From assembly GCA_965208615.1 (NCBI GenBank), contig CBDBPB010000004.1:32001-96000 (forward strand): a stretch of 64,000 nucleotides of DNA, in the 5' to 3' direction. Below the pieces are notes generated by a model. That model saw only the letters and a list, made by a program, of their open reading frames with translations, searched no databases and was not told the DNA's origin. The position numbers and the translations under genes are program-made. Shown here piece after piece: positions 1-10,602 of this stretch (position 1 is the stretch's first letter; every line of letters starts with the position of its first letter). The DNA is from Spirochaetota bacterium. Lineage in GTDB: Bacteria; Spirochaetota; UBA6919; CBDBPB01.

Positions 1-1
1 T

Positions 2-1462
2 TTATTAATAACCATAATTAACGTTGTAGGAGGCGTAATTATTGGCACCACACAACATAATTTGCCTATAGGTGAAGCATTTGACATCTTTTTCTTATTA
101 ACCGTAGGAGATGGCTTATCTGCTCAAATACCATCATTATTATTGTCCACTGCTACAGGCATTATAGTAACCAGAGCTGTATCTGATCAAAGTCTTGGTC
201 AAGATATTGCTAAACAGCTAAATTTAAAACCTAAGGCTATTATAGTTAGTGGTACTTTTATATTGTTCTTAGCTGTTCTTCCACTATTCCCAAAAGCCCC
301 CCTTATTATTATAGGCCTATTTATCCTTAGTTATGGGGTATTCCTTTATCGTCACCTTGAATCAGAAAAAATAGCAGAATCTAAAAGAATAAAAGAAACT
401 GAAAGACCTACTAGTCCAGAAAGTGTTGTATCCCTCATTAACGTAGAACCCTTAGAAATAGAAATTGGATTTAATCTTGTCCCTTTTGTAGACCTAGAAC
501 AGGGAGGCGACCTATTAGATCGCGTTAAGCTTATCAGAAAAAGCTGTGCCCTTGAATTAGGGCTACTTGTACCACCAATACGAATTAGGGATAATATGAA
601 ACTTAGACCAAGTGATTATTTAATAAAAATTAAAGGTGTAGAAATAGGTAAGGGGAGCCTTAGAGTTAAAAAGTTATTAGCTATACCATCAGTCAGTGTA
701 ACTCAAACGATCGATGGTGAGGATACTATAGAACCAGCTTTCAAAACTAAAGCCAAGTGGATTAATGAAGAAAACCGTGAACAAGCAGAAGGATTAGGCT
801 ATAGTGTTGTTGATCCTCCTTCTATAATAGCAACACACCTAACTGAAGTTATAAAACGTAACTCAAGCGATATTTTAGGTAGGCAAGAGGTAAAACAGCT
901 CATTGATAACATAAAAGAGGGCTATCCAGCTGTAGTGGAAGATGCCTTAAAAGCAACTAACTTAGGAACTATACAAAAAGTTCTACAAAGGCTCTTAAAA
1001 GAACAGGTCTCCATTAGGAATATGGTAACCATACTCGAGGTTATCGCAGATTACGGAGAAAAAATATTAAATATAGATACTCTAAGTGAATATGTAAGAC
1101 AAAGCCTTAGTAAACAAATATCTCATCAGCATATGGACGAAAATGGTAAAATAAAAGCATATACCTTAGATGCTAACCTAGAGGCTATTTTAGAAGAATC
1201 ACTACAAGAAACCGATCAAGGGTTTGTCTCTACAATAGATACTAATACTCTTAATCTGGTTTTGCAAAAAATCGGAGAAGCGGCTAAACAAACTGCTCAA
1301 GTGGGAATAGAATTTATTATTATGTCTTCAAGTTCAATAAGGGTATTAGTTAAGCATCTTACAGAAAGAACTTTTTCTAATTTAATTGTATTATCATACA
1401 ATGAGATTACTCCACAGGTTCAGATCGAACAAATGGGGATTATCTCTATTGACTCACAATAA
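2..1462 (+). CDS. flhA: Flagellar export protein FlhA (5' end outside window)
   Basis: Frame open from position 2; TVGDGLSAQIPSLLLSTATGIIVTR, IRIRDN, VLSYNEI motifs; followed by flhF. Confidence 0.96.
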   Translation, partial: LLITIINVVGGVIIGTTQHNLPIGEAFDIFFLLTVGDGLSAQIPSLLLSTATGIIVTRAVSDQSLGQDIAKQLNLKPKAIIVSGTFILFLAVLPLFPKAPLIIIGLFILSYGVFLYRHLESEKIAESKRIKETERPTSPESVVSLINVEPLEIEIGFNLVPFVDLEQGGDLLDRVKLIRKSCALELGLLVPPIRIRDNMKLRPSDYLIKIKGVEIGKGSLRVKKLLAIPSVSVTQTIDGEDTIEPAFKTKAKWINEENREQAEGLGYSVVDPPSIIATHLTEVIKRNSSDILGRQEVKQLIDNIKEGYPAVVEDALKATNLGTIQKVLQRLLKEQVSIRNMVTILEVIADYGEKILNIDTLSEYVRQSLSKQISHQHMDENGKIKAYTLDANLEAILEESLQETDQGFVSTIDTNTLNLVLQKIGEAAKQTAQVGIEFIIMSSSSIRVLVKHLTERTFSNLIVLSYNEITPQVQIEQMGIISIDSQ

Positions 1463-1474
1463 TAAGGGGAGATT

Positions 1475-2695
1475 ATGGAATATAGAAAATATCGGGCAAA
1501 AACCTTTCAAGAGGCTAAGTTAAAAATGCTTTTGGATGTAGGTAATCGTGCGTACATAATATCACAAAAAAAAGTTAAAGAAGGTGGAATATTCGGACTA
1601 TTCGGAACTCCTATGATCGAAATTACTGCCGGGCTTATGGAACACAAAGTATTTAACAAAAATAAGCCTGATAACCTTATAGAAAAAAATGAGGGCTATA
1701 TTAGTAATAAACCAATTAATAATAATCCAACAATAAGTAGTTTAAAGCCAAAAGAAAATATTAACCCATCACACAAAGATGAAGCAAATATTAGAGAAGA
1801 AGTAGACGAACTAAAATCTCTAATAAATAAAATATTGGCTGATAAAACTAATTATCAAGAACAAATCCAAAATAATAATATAGAGTCTAAACCACCTAAA
1901 TCACAAACTTCTGATAAAACAAAAGAAATTATAAAAATGTTCTTACAAAACGAAGATTTTGATAGTAATTTTATTAATACATTATGTTCTTTATCTAGTA
2001 TAGAGTTTGAGCTGGCTGGCGAAACTAATCTAAGTAAAATAAAAGAGTATGTTAGAAAGCATATTTTTGATTCCATTGAATTTAATAAAGGAATATCCAT
2101 AGACCCTAAAAAGAAAAATATTGTTATTTTGGTTGGACCTACCGGAGTTGGTAAAACTACTACCCTTGCTAAGTTAGGAGCATATTTCGGCGTATTTCAA
2201 AAACAAAAAGTTAAGTTTATATCCATAGATACCTATAGAGTTGGTGCCATACAACAACTAAAACTATATGCAGATATTATGGAAATACCATTTGCAAAGG
2301 TTAACAACGTTGAAGAACTCAAAATGGAGGCCTATAATGATAACTATGATATTGTACTAATTGATACTACAGGACGAAATCAAAAAAACCTCGATGAAAT
2401 TAGAACCATTAAAGAATACGCTAATATCCTAAACGGTAAAGTACATCTATCACTTTGTATAAGTGCTACTACTAAATATAAAGACTTGGTAGAAGTCCTT
2501 GATAAATTTGACATACTTAATTATACTAGTATTATTGTTACCAAGTTAGATGAAACTAATACCCTTGGTCAAGTTATTAGTGCTATTAGTCCTAAAAAGC
2601 GATCTTTAGCTTATATAACTTTTGGTCAAAGCGTACCTGAAGATATTGAAGAGGCTTCAAAAGAAAAACTATCCGAAATGGTCTTAAAGTCATAA
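1475..2695 (+). CDS. flhF: SRP-family GTPase FlhF
   Basis: GPTGVGKTTT, DTYR, DTTG, TKLDET, GQSVPEDI; position after flhA. Confidence 0.95.
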   Translation: MEYRKYRAKTFQEAKLKMLLDVGNRAYIISQKKVKEGGIFGLFGTPMIEITAGLMEHKVFNKNKPDNLIEKNEGYISNKPINNNPTISSLKPKENINPSHKDEANIREEVDELKSLINKILADKTNYQEQIQNNNIESKPPKSQTSDKTKEIIKMFLQNEDFDSNFINTLCSLSSIEFELAGETNLSKIKEYVRKHIFDSIEFNKGISIDPKKKNIVILVGPTGVGKTTTLAKLGAYFGVFQKQKVKFISIDTYRVGAIQQLKLYADIMEIPFAKVNNVEELKMEAYNDNYDIVLIDTTGRNQKNLDEIRTIKEYANILNGKVHLSLCISATTKYKDLVEVLDKFDILNYTSIIVTKLDETNTLGQVISAISPKKRSLAYITFGQSVPEDIEEASKEKLSEMVLKS

Positions 2696-2707
2696 AGGAG
2701 TAAGTAA

Positions 2708-3586
2708 ATGGATCAAGCCGAAACACTATTAAAAATTATGAAAGAAAAACAGACTAATAACCTTACTCATAGTGACTCAACCACTGGTTCAAGAATTATT
2801 ACTGTTACTAGCGGAAAAGGAGGTGTAGGAAAAACAAGCCTCTCTACTAACTTAGCAATAGCCCTGTCACAGATGGGTAAAGAAGTTATCCTCATGGATG
2901 CTGACCTAGGCTTAGCCAATGTTAATGTTATGCTTGGTATTATCCCAAAATATAATTTGTATAACGTTATAAAAGGACAAAAAACTATTAAAGATATTAT
3001 CACTGATACTACCATTGGAATTAAAATTATTGCTGGAGCTTCTGGTTTTAGTCAATTAGCAGATTTAACCCATGATGAAAAAACTGTATTCATAAAAGAA
3101 CTCGAAAAGTTAGATTTCGCCGATATTATCATTATTGATACTGGTGCTGGTATATCTGATAATGTATTAAGCTTTGTTTTAGCCGCAAATGAGATCATTG
3201 TTGTTACTACTCCAGAACCCACTGCTATTACTGATGCTTATGGTATTATTAAATCAATTGCCTCAAAAAATATAGATGCAAATATTAAGCTTATAATAAA
3301 CAGGGTTCAAAACTATTTAGAGGCCAGTAAGGTAGCTGATAGAGTTATTAATATTGCAGGACAGTTTTTGAATATTAGTATTGACTATCTTGGTTATATC
3401 CAAGAGGATAGTACTGTATCAAAGGCTGTTGTAAGTCAACAACCCTTTATTCATGTTTCGCCTAAGTCAAAAGCCTCTAATTGTATAAGAAATATTAGTT
3501 TGCGTTTAGAAAAAATGGAGATCCCCCATAAAGAGAAAGGGGTTACTCGTTTCATTAAAACTTTTTTTAATTATTACAATAAATAA
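2708..3586 (+). CDS. flhG: MinD/ParA-family ATPase FlhG (FleN)
   Basis: MDQA start, SGKGGVGKT deviant Walker A, DADLGLAN, TPEPTAITDAY. Confidence 0.94.
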   Translation: MDQAETLLKIMKEKQTNNLTHSDSTTGSRIITVTSGKGGVGKTSLSTNLAIALSQMGKEVILMDADLGLANVNVMLGIIPKYNLYNVIKGQKTIKDIITDTTIGIKIIAGASGFSQLADLTHDEKTVFIKELEKLDFADIIIIDTGAGISDNVLSFVLAANEIIVVTTPEPTAITDAYGIIKSIASKNIDANIKLIINRVQNYLEASKVADRVINIAGQFLNISIDYLGYIQEDSTVSKAVVSQQPFIHVSPKSKASNCIRNISLRLEKMEIPHKEKGVTRFIKTFFNYYNK

Positions 3587-3598
3587 CAGTTGGTTACC

Positions 3599-4165
3599 AT
3601 GAACGAAGAAAATAGCTTAAACGAAGAAAATAGCTTAAACGAAGAAAATAGCTTAAACGAAGAAAAACTTAAAGATAATTTTAATAAAAAAGATTTACTT
3701 AAAAGTTATAATATTGAGTTATCTATTGGAATAGGTTTATTAGTTATTGCCTTAATTTTAGTGCTATTTATTGGAGTTATTAGTGGTGTAAGTTTTTTTA
3801 CTGTATTGTGGAAAATGATTATTAGTGGAATTATTTTCTTTATTTTAGGTTTTGGCATTGGAGTTTTATTAAAGAGATTTGTTCCAGAGGTTATAAAAGC
3901 TTTTTCGCAAAATGAAAACGATGTTAGTATAGAGTCAGATGAAGAAGTTAAAGAGACTAAAAATATTATTGACTATACCCTGGGAAACGAAAAAGAAGAT
4001 AAAGAATTCTTGGATACTTTTACCTTAGAAAAAGAAGATACGTCAAAAAGCAATAACAAGGTAAGCAAACAAATAGATAAAAAGTTAAAAGAGCATTCTA
4101 TAGAAATAAATGATCCAAAAGTCTTAGCTGAAGCAATAAGAACTAAAATGAAAGAAGATAGTTAG
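3599..4165 (+). CDS. Hypothetical membrane protein (two TM helices) in flagellar operon
   Basis: ORF directly after flhG; two hydrophobic segments; acidic tail. Confidence 0.75.
   Translation: MNEENSLNEENSLNEENSLNEEKLKDNFNKKDLLKSYNIELSIGIGLLVIALILVLFIGVISGVSFFTVLWKMIISGIIFFILGFGIGVLLKRFVPEVIKAFSQNENDVSIESDEEVKETKNIIDYTLGNEKEDKEFLDTFTLEKEDTSKSNNKVSKQIDKKLKEHSIEINDPKVLAEAIRTKMKEDS
3602..3666 (+). repeat. 18-bp in-frame tandem repeat (NEENSL x ~3.6)
   Basis: AACGAAGAAAATAGCTTA x3 plus a partial unit. Confidence 0.9.
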
Positions 4166-4384
4166 TATAATAAATATAAGTGTTATGCTGGTGTCAAGGC
4201 ATTATAAAAATGGTTAAAAGGTTTTACCACAATAGATAATGCAATTATCAAATTATTAACTAATTTATTTAATAAGTAATTGAGTTTTTAGAATTGAAAA
4301 GAATATAAAAAAAAATGCTTTATAAAAGCTTATATTGTTTTCTTTTTACCAAAACAATATAAGATTAATTAAAAGGAGGAGATA

Positions 4385-5161
4385 GTGATTCATAAGTCAG
4401 AAGAGGAGCTCTGGGAGGAGTATAAAAAAACACAAGATCCAACAATAAGAGAGAACTTTATTATACAATATGCTCCTTTAGTAAAATATGTTGCCGGTAA
4501 AGTTGCCATGGGAATGCCTCAAAATATTGAATTTGAAGATTTAGTCGGATATGGTATTTTTGGCTTACTTGATGCTATTGAGAAATTTGATCCATCTCGA
4601 GATATTAAATTTAAAACTTATGCCGTTACGCGAATAAGGGGTGCAATATATGATGAGTTACGGTCTATTGACTGGGTGCCAAGATCAATAAGGCAAAAAG
4701 CCAAAGAAATTGAGTCTGTTATTGGAGTGTTAGAGAATAAACTAGGTAGAACCGTTACCGATGAAGAAATTGCAGGTGAATTAGGAATCCCCGTAGATGA
4801 CTTTCACCAAACACTATTAAAAATATGTGGAACTTCATTAATATCTATTAATGATGCATGGTATTTAGGTGATGATAGTGATAAAGTCTCTATTATTGAA
4901 ACCATAGAAAGTCCTAACTCTCTTAACCCTGATATAATGGTAGAAAAAGAAGAGGTTAAAAAAATTATTGTAAAAATTATTGAAGAGTTACCTGAAAAAG
5001 AAAAAAAAGTGCTTATTCTATATTATTATGAAGATCTAACATTAAAAGAAATTGGTGAAATACTAAGTGTAACTGAATCAAGAGTTTCTCAGTTACATAC
5101 AAAAGCAATTATTAGGCTTAGAAGTAAGCTAAGTCATATTAAGGCTAATCTTTCAGTATGA
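4385..5161 (+). CDS. fliA: Sigma-28 factor FliA/WhiG
   Basis: [40 protein letters not shown]; AGGAGG RBS before GTG. Confidence 0.96.
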   Translation: MIHKSEEELWEEYKKTQDPTIRENFIIQYAPLVKYVAGKVAMGMPQNIEFEDLVGYGIFGLLDAIEKFDPSRDIKFKTYAVTRIRGAIYDELRSIDWVPRSIRQKAKEIESVIGVLENKLGRTVTDEEIAGELGIPVDDFHQTLLKICGTSLISINDAWYLGDDSDKVSIIETIESPNSLNPDIMVEKEEVKKIIVKIIEELPEKEKKVLILYYYEDLTLKEIGEILSVTESRVSQLHTKAIIRLRSKLSHIKANLSV

Positions 5162-5203
5162 CAATATAGGTAGTCTATAACTTTAGTTAATAAGGAGCAA
5201 ATT

Positions 5204-7192
5204 ATGGCATCTATTAATGATTTAAAAAATAAGCTATCTGAGAAAACTGATAATGCTATTAAAGATTACTCTATACCAGATAACAAAGTTGAATTTATAG
5301 CTAATTCTATTGATCAGGCTTTAGAAGAAGCTTGTAAATTCTTTAATACGAGCCGTATTAATTTAGACTACGAAGTCTTAGAAAAAGCTAGAAAAGGCAT
5401 AATAGGAATAGGAAAAAGACCTAATAAGCTTTTGGTATGGATAACAGGAGATTTAAATACAGCAAAAGATGCTATTGACCTCGAAGGAGAATATGACGAA
5501 CACTTTGGAGTCATAAATAAAGAAAGTACTGTTGATGACAATGCCCCAATAGACGGCATAACAAAAGTAGTTATTCGTAAAAGCGGTATATATTTAAAAG
5601 TTACCCCTCCCAAAAGGAATGGTCAGCCTACTAATCTTGAAGAAGCAAAACTTGTTCTTGCATCAAAAAACATACGTTCGTATGACCAATCTCTAGTCAA
5701 AAGCATTATTAAAAAAGCAAATAATGAAGAAGTAAAAATTGGTGAATGGACACCAAATCCTGATTATGACAGTAAGGCGTCTATAGAAATATCTTCTGAT
5801 GAAATGAAAGGCTATGTTACAGTTAATGCCCCCATACTATCTGGACGAATTATGGAAGTAGATGAAATATTTGATCAACTAGAGTCATATAATATCTCAT
5901 TTGGTATTATGAAAGAAAAGGTGAATAGCATTTTTGAAAAAGAACTATATAATGTACCAGTATTAATTGCTGAAGGAAAAAATCCTGATCACGGTGTTAA
6001 TGCAAGTATTGAATATAAATTTAAGACAGATCGGGCTAACTTCAAATTTGAACAAGATGAAACTGGTAAAATCGATTATAAAAATATTGAAAATGTGCAA
6101 AACGTTGTGGCTGGACAAGTTTTAGCTGTAAAAAATCCTGCTTCTACAGGAATTACAGGAAGAACTATCAAAAATAATAAAATTGAAGCTAAAGATGGTA
6201 ATGATATCCAGTTTGAAGCTGGTAAAAATACTATTCTATCAGAAAATACCCTTGAAATAATTGCTCAAATTGCAGGTCAGGCTGTTTTAGTTAGTGGGAG
6301 TGTTTCCGTTGAACCTATTTATGAGGTTAAAGGAGATATAAATTTAAGTACTGGTAATATTGTATTTTTAGGAACTGTTATTGTTAAAGGAAATGTATTA
6401 GATGGATTTAACGTAAAAGCTGCTGGGAATATTGAAGTAAAGGGTAACATTGGTAATGCAGAGATAGAGGCTGATAACGAAATTATTGTTAGCCAGGGTA
6501 TATTAGGAAAAGACGGAGGTAAGGTTAAGGCTGGAACTAACATATTTGCCAAGTTCATAGAGAATGCTAAGGTTTATGCTGGTAATGATGTAATAGTAAA
6601 AGAAGAGATATTGCATAGCTCTGTGGATGCTGGTAATAGAGTTATATGTCATGGGAAAAAAGGAATGATTGTTGGAGGACTTGTTAGAGCTGGATATGAA
6701 ATTAGTGCAAAATATTTAGGTTCCACTGCATATACTGATACATCATTAGAAGCTGGGATTGATCCTAAGTCTAAAGAAAAACTACTAAAATTGGAAGATG
6801 AGAGAAAGATTGCAGGAGAACAAATTGACAAATTATCTGCAAATATTACTTCATTAGAACGAATTGAAAAACAGGGCAATATATCAAAAGAAAAAAAAAT
6901 CATGTTAGAAAGACTACGTAGAGCTAAAAAAGAATTTGAACTTCAATATAGTGAGATTAAAGAGGATATTATAGAGCTAAATAACTACATAGAAAATATT
7001 GATACAAAAGGAAAAATATCTGCTAAGATAAATGTATTTCCAGGAGTTGCTCTTACTATTAAAAATGCTACTTTTACTGTTAAAAATGATTTTAAGGGAG
7101 TTACCTTCATAAGCGAAAATAATCTAATTAAACCTATTGCATATACTCCATTTGAAGGGGATGATAAGTATACAAAACGCTATAAAAACTAA
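5204..7192 (+). CDS. FapA (DUF342) family protein with N-terminal Jag_N-like domain
   Basis: IDQALEEAC...KGIIGIGK Jag-like start; beta-helix repeats (GNIVFLGTVIVKGNV); usual position after fliA. Confidence 0.85.
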   Translation: MASINDLKNKLSEKTDNAIKDYSIPDNKVEFIANSIDQALEEACKFFNTSRINLDYEVLEKARKGIIGIGKRPNKLLVWITGDLNTAKDAIDLEGEYDEHFGVINKESTVDDNAPIDGITKVVIRKSGIYLKVTPPKRNGQPTNLEEAKLVLASKNIRSYDQSLVKSIIKKANNEEVKIGEWTPNPDYDSKASIEISSDEMKGYVTVNAPILSGRIMEVDEIFDQLESYNISFGIMKEKVNSIFEKELYNVPVLIAEGKNPDHGVNASIEYKFKTDRANFKFEQDETGKIDYKNIENVQNVVAGQVLAVKNPASTGITGRTIKNNKIEAKDGNDIQFEAGKNTILSENTLEIIAQIAGQAVLVSGSVSVEPIYEVKGDINLSTGNIVFLGTVIVKGNVLDGFNVKAAGNIEVKGNIGNAEIEADNEIIVSQGILGKDGGKVKAGTNIFAKFIENAKVYAGNDVIVKEEILHSSVDAGNRVICHGKKGMIVGGLVRAGYEISAKYLGSTAYTDTSLEAGIDPKSKEKLLKLEDERKIAGEQIDKLSANITSLERIEKQGNISKEKKIMLERLRRAKKEFELQYSEIKEDIIELNNYIENIDTKGKISAKINVFPGVALTIKNATFTVKNDFKGVTFISENNLIKPIAYTPFEGDDKYTKRYKN

Positions 7193-7212
7193 ACAATGAT
7201 TAGGAGGTAAAC

Positions 7213-7902
7213 GTGGTAGAAGGAGTACTTTTCTTGCTTATTGTTATTAACTTCTCTCTAACATTAACTATTTATATACAGTACAACAAAACAAAGCCTT
7301 GGAATGTAAAAAAAGACATGACTAATATAGTTAACAATTTCAATAAAAATGCAGAGAGAAATATACAAATCCTAGAAGACCGAATTAATAAAACAAAAAT
7401 ACTATTAGAACAGTATAAACAACAAGAAAAAAGAAGAGTTATAAATAATAATCAAGGCAGTATAAATTCTTCAAAAGAAAAGTTAGATAATATTATACAT
7501 ACTTCTACAAAGCAAATGGAGGAGTATACTAAATCTTTAAAAGCAAAGCGATCAGCAAAGATAAGAAAAAATACTAAGGCAAAGACATACATACAAAAAG
7601 CATATGGCTCCCCAAAAGAACAACCCATAAAACCTCTAAAACAAAAAGACGAGTTTAAACCTTTTGTAGATAATAATACTATAAATTCGGATCTATTTAA
7701 TAATCAGGTTAAAGATGATATACAAAATACTTTTGATGAAAATAACTTATTTAGCTCTAAAAAAGATACTACTCATAAAATAGCCAAACTAATTGGAGAA
7801 GGCAGATCACTAAAAGAGATATCCGACATACTTGGTATAAGTCTTGGAGAGATAAAATTATTTACCTCACTTTTCAGGAAGAAAATTTTAAAAACAGATT
7901 AA
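7213..7902 (+). CDS. Hypothetical membrane-anchored coiled-coil protein with C-terminal HTH-like motif
   Basis: AGGAGG RBS; N-terminal TM; GRSLKEISDILGISLGEIKL. Confidence 0.7.
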   Translation: MVEGVLFLLIVINFSLTLTIYIQYNKTKPWNVKKDMTNIVNNFNKNAERNIQILEDRINKTKILLEQYKQQEKRRVINNNQGSINSSKEKLDNIIHTSTKQMEEYTKSLKAKRSAKIRKNTKAKTYIQKAYGSPKEQPIKPLKQKDEFKPFVDNNTINSDLFNNQVKDDIQNTFDENNLFSSKKDTTHKIAKLIGEGRSLKEISDILGISLGEIKLFTSLFRKKILKTD

Positions 7903-7997
7903 TAAGTTAGTCAAAACAATCTTATAGTCTCCTTATCAACAAGCCGTTTCAACTGATAATTAAAAACATAAATATTAAGTTTTTTAATATTTATGTG

Positions 7998-8475
7998 TAA
8001 AGGGATTCTAATGTACAAATAAGTATAGTAAAAATGACATTTCATGATAATTTAATTATTAAAAAGCGGCAATTATTTTATAACACATAACGTAAAGGCA
8101 AGTGAATTTTAGATTTCTTTATGGAACAGAAAAGTTAAAATATTTATGAAAAAGTTATTTTCTTGTGTCATAGTGTTTATCACTCTATGCTCTTTAAGTG
8201 CTGTTTACTTGAGTTAGAAATTAACACAAAAAATGCTTTTTATGCAAGTAGTCATCACTACGAGAGCTATTAAGAATCACTTACTGAGACTAAGAATTAT
8301 AGACCTTTATTAAGTGTTAAAGGTTTTTCTGTTCTATAAAGGCATAGAGCGAATTCTTCAAATGTCATATATTGACTTTATGTGTAACTTTCTATCCGAA
8401 TTAAAAATAATAGAACTGTTTATAGCTATAAAAATTAGACCGCCTTAAAGCCTTTTACAATAATTTACTAAAAAT
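7998..8475 (+). mobile_element. Degenerate copy 1 of the repeated non-coding element (core plus eroded flanks, ends not recognisable)
   Basis: 8083-8390 aligns with 51686-51991 and 60358-60662; similarity to copy 2 continues to about 8475. Confidence 0.75.
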
Positions 8476-8849
8476 CCCTTTGATAATAAAAAATCTATCA
8501 TACAGAACTACCTTAAAAATAAATATACTTTTATTATAGATCATAACTATGATAACAACTTTTTACTTAATATGAAGTACCACATCTTCCGATATAATAA
8601 AAATCTTTTACAAAGCATATTTAAAACTAATGTTGAAAATTAAAATGTTATTTAATATATTTAAAAATAAACTTATTTTGCTTTATTATATTAATTATAT
8701 ATTTTACCTCCGTAGTAGGTGAAAATATTTTGTTAGAAATATTATATAAAATAATAGCTAAATACTGTTATATATACATCTTTAAACATTTAATAAAAAA
8801 TCTAACTTGCTTTAGTGTTATTATACTTATTGGCAGAAGGGTTTGAGAT

Positions 8850-10577
8850 ATGAAAAGAATATTAGGTATTGACTTAGGTACTACTAACTCCGTTATGGCC
8901 ATAATGGAAAATGATAAACCTATGGTAGTCCCCAATAAAAGAGGACTAAGAGTAACTCCCTCTGTTGTAGCTTATAACAAAGAGTGGGAAGTTATGATAG
9001 GACAAATAGCTAAAAACCAATCCATAATAAATGCGGAAAGAACTATTAATTCAATTAAACGTAAGATGGGTTCTAATACTAAAATACAAATTGCTAGTAG
9101 AATATTTACTCCACAGGAAATATCTGCAGAAATCCTATCCAAGCTCAAAGAAGATGCAGAAGACTATTTAGGTGAAAAAATTACTAAAACTATTATAACA
9201 GTACCAGCCTACTTTAATGATAATCAGCGTCAGGCAACTAAAGAAGCTGGAATTATTGCAGGACTAGAAGTAGTTAGAATCATTAATGAACCTACTGCTG
9301 CTGCCCTTGCATACGGCTTTGGCAAAAATGAAAACCAAACTATCCTAATATATGATCTCGGTGGTGGAACTTTTGATGTATCCATCTTAGAAATTGGAGA
9401 CGGCGTTTTTGAAGTAAAAGCTACCAATGGTAATAATAAACTAGGTGGTGATGACTTTGATAGACTACTACTAGAGCTTGTTCTAAAAAAATATCGCCAA
9501 AATAGTGGTATAGATTTATCACTAGATGCTATGGCTATTCAAAAACTAAAAGAAGAAATAGAAAAAATTAAAATTAATCTATCAGAAACTGAAACTTCGG
9601 AGTTAAATATACCATTTATATCCGCAAATGAAAACGGTCCACAACATATAAACTTTGAAATAAGAAGATCAGACTTCGAAGAACTTATTCAGGAATATAT
9701 AGAAGAAACTTTATCCGCTACAGAAAAAGCTATCCAAGACGCAAACCTAACTAAAAATAATATTGATAAAGTAATACTAGTAGGAGGATCTACTAAAATA
9801 CCCTTTGTACAACAGGAAGTATCAAAACTTATGGGTAAGGAAATTACTAAAGGGATTAACCCTGATGAATGCGTTGCTATAGGTGCCGCTATACAGGCTA
9901 GCATATTAAGTGGTAATAAAAAAGGAATGGTGCTCGTTGATATAACACCTCTATCATTAGGAATAGAAATCGAAGGAGGTGTCTTTATACCAATTATTGA
10001 TAGAAACTCTCCTATACCAATTACTGAAAATAAACTATTTACCACTATATCCGACTTTCAGAAAAACGTCGAAATTAATATATATCAAGGTGAACGAATA
10101 CGGTGCATTGATAATATTCCCCTTGGTAGATTCCAACTTGAAAGCATAAGACCTGCCAAAAAAGGCGATCCCAGAATAGAAGTTACATTCTCAATTAACG
10201 TAGACGGCATATTAGAGGTAAAAGCTAAAGATTTGGATACATCTAATTATCACAAAATTAAAATTACTAATCCCAATACACTTAACGAAAAAGAAATTAA
10301 TAAAATTATCGAAAATGCACAAATAAATAAAGATAAAGATAAACAGTATATTGAAAAAGAAAAAATAAAAGAAAAATTCGAAACTGAGTATCAAAAACTT
10401 AAAACTCTATATCAACAAAATATAGATAAAATAGATAGCACCTTAGTTAAAGAAACTAGAGCTTTAATTAAAAATGTTGAAAAGAAATCTAAAAACTTAA
10501 ATACTAATCAGTACAATGAACTAATTGATAGTATAGAATTTATAAACGGAGAACTTAAAGCCGTATGTACTGAATAA
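8850..10577 (+). CDS. dnaK: Hsp70/DnaK-family chaperone (short paralog)
   Basis: GIDLGTTNS, YDLGGGTFDVS, LVGGSTKIP, DITPLSLGIE; 575 aa; no grpE or hrcA adjacent. Confidence 0.9.
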   Translation: MKRILGIDLGTTNSVMAIMENDKPMVVPNKRGLRVTPSVVAYNKEWEVMIGQIAKNQSIINAERTINSIKRKMGSNTKIQIASRIFTPQEISAEILSKLKEDAEDYLGEKITKTIITVPAYFNDNQRQATKEAGIIAGLEVVRIINEPTAAALAYGFGKNENQTILIYDLGGGTFDVSILEIGDGVFEVKATNGNNKLGGDDFDRLLLELVLKKYRQNSGIDLSLDAMAIQKLKEEIEKIKINLSETETSELNIPFISANENGPQHINFEIRRSDFEELIQEYIEETLSATEKAIQDANLTKNNIDKVILVGGSTKIPFVQQEVSKLMGKEITKGINPDECVAIGAAIQASILSGNKKGMVLVDITPLSLGIEIEGGVFIPIIDRNSPIPITENKLFTTISDFQKNVEINIYQGERIRCIDNIPLGRFQLESIRPAKKGDPRIEVTFSINVDGILEVKAKDLDTSNYHKIKITNPNTLNEKEINKIIENAQINKDKDKQYIEKEKIKEKFETEYQKLKTLYQQNIDKIDSTLVKETRALIKNVEKKSKNLNTNQYNELIDSIEFINGELKAVCTE

Positions 10578-10602
10578 TAATATAATGAGAGTGTAAAGTC
10601 TT

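Noticed and set aside
8600-8849. CIRCE heat-shock operator before dnaK
   Set aside because: No TTAGCACTC-N9-GAGTGCTAA found.
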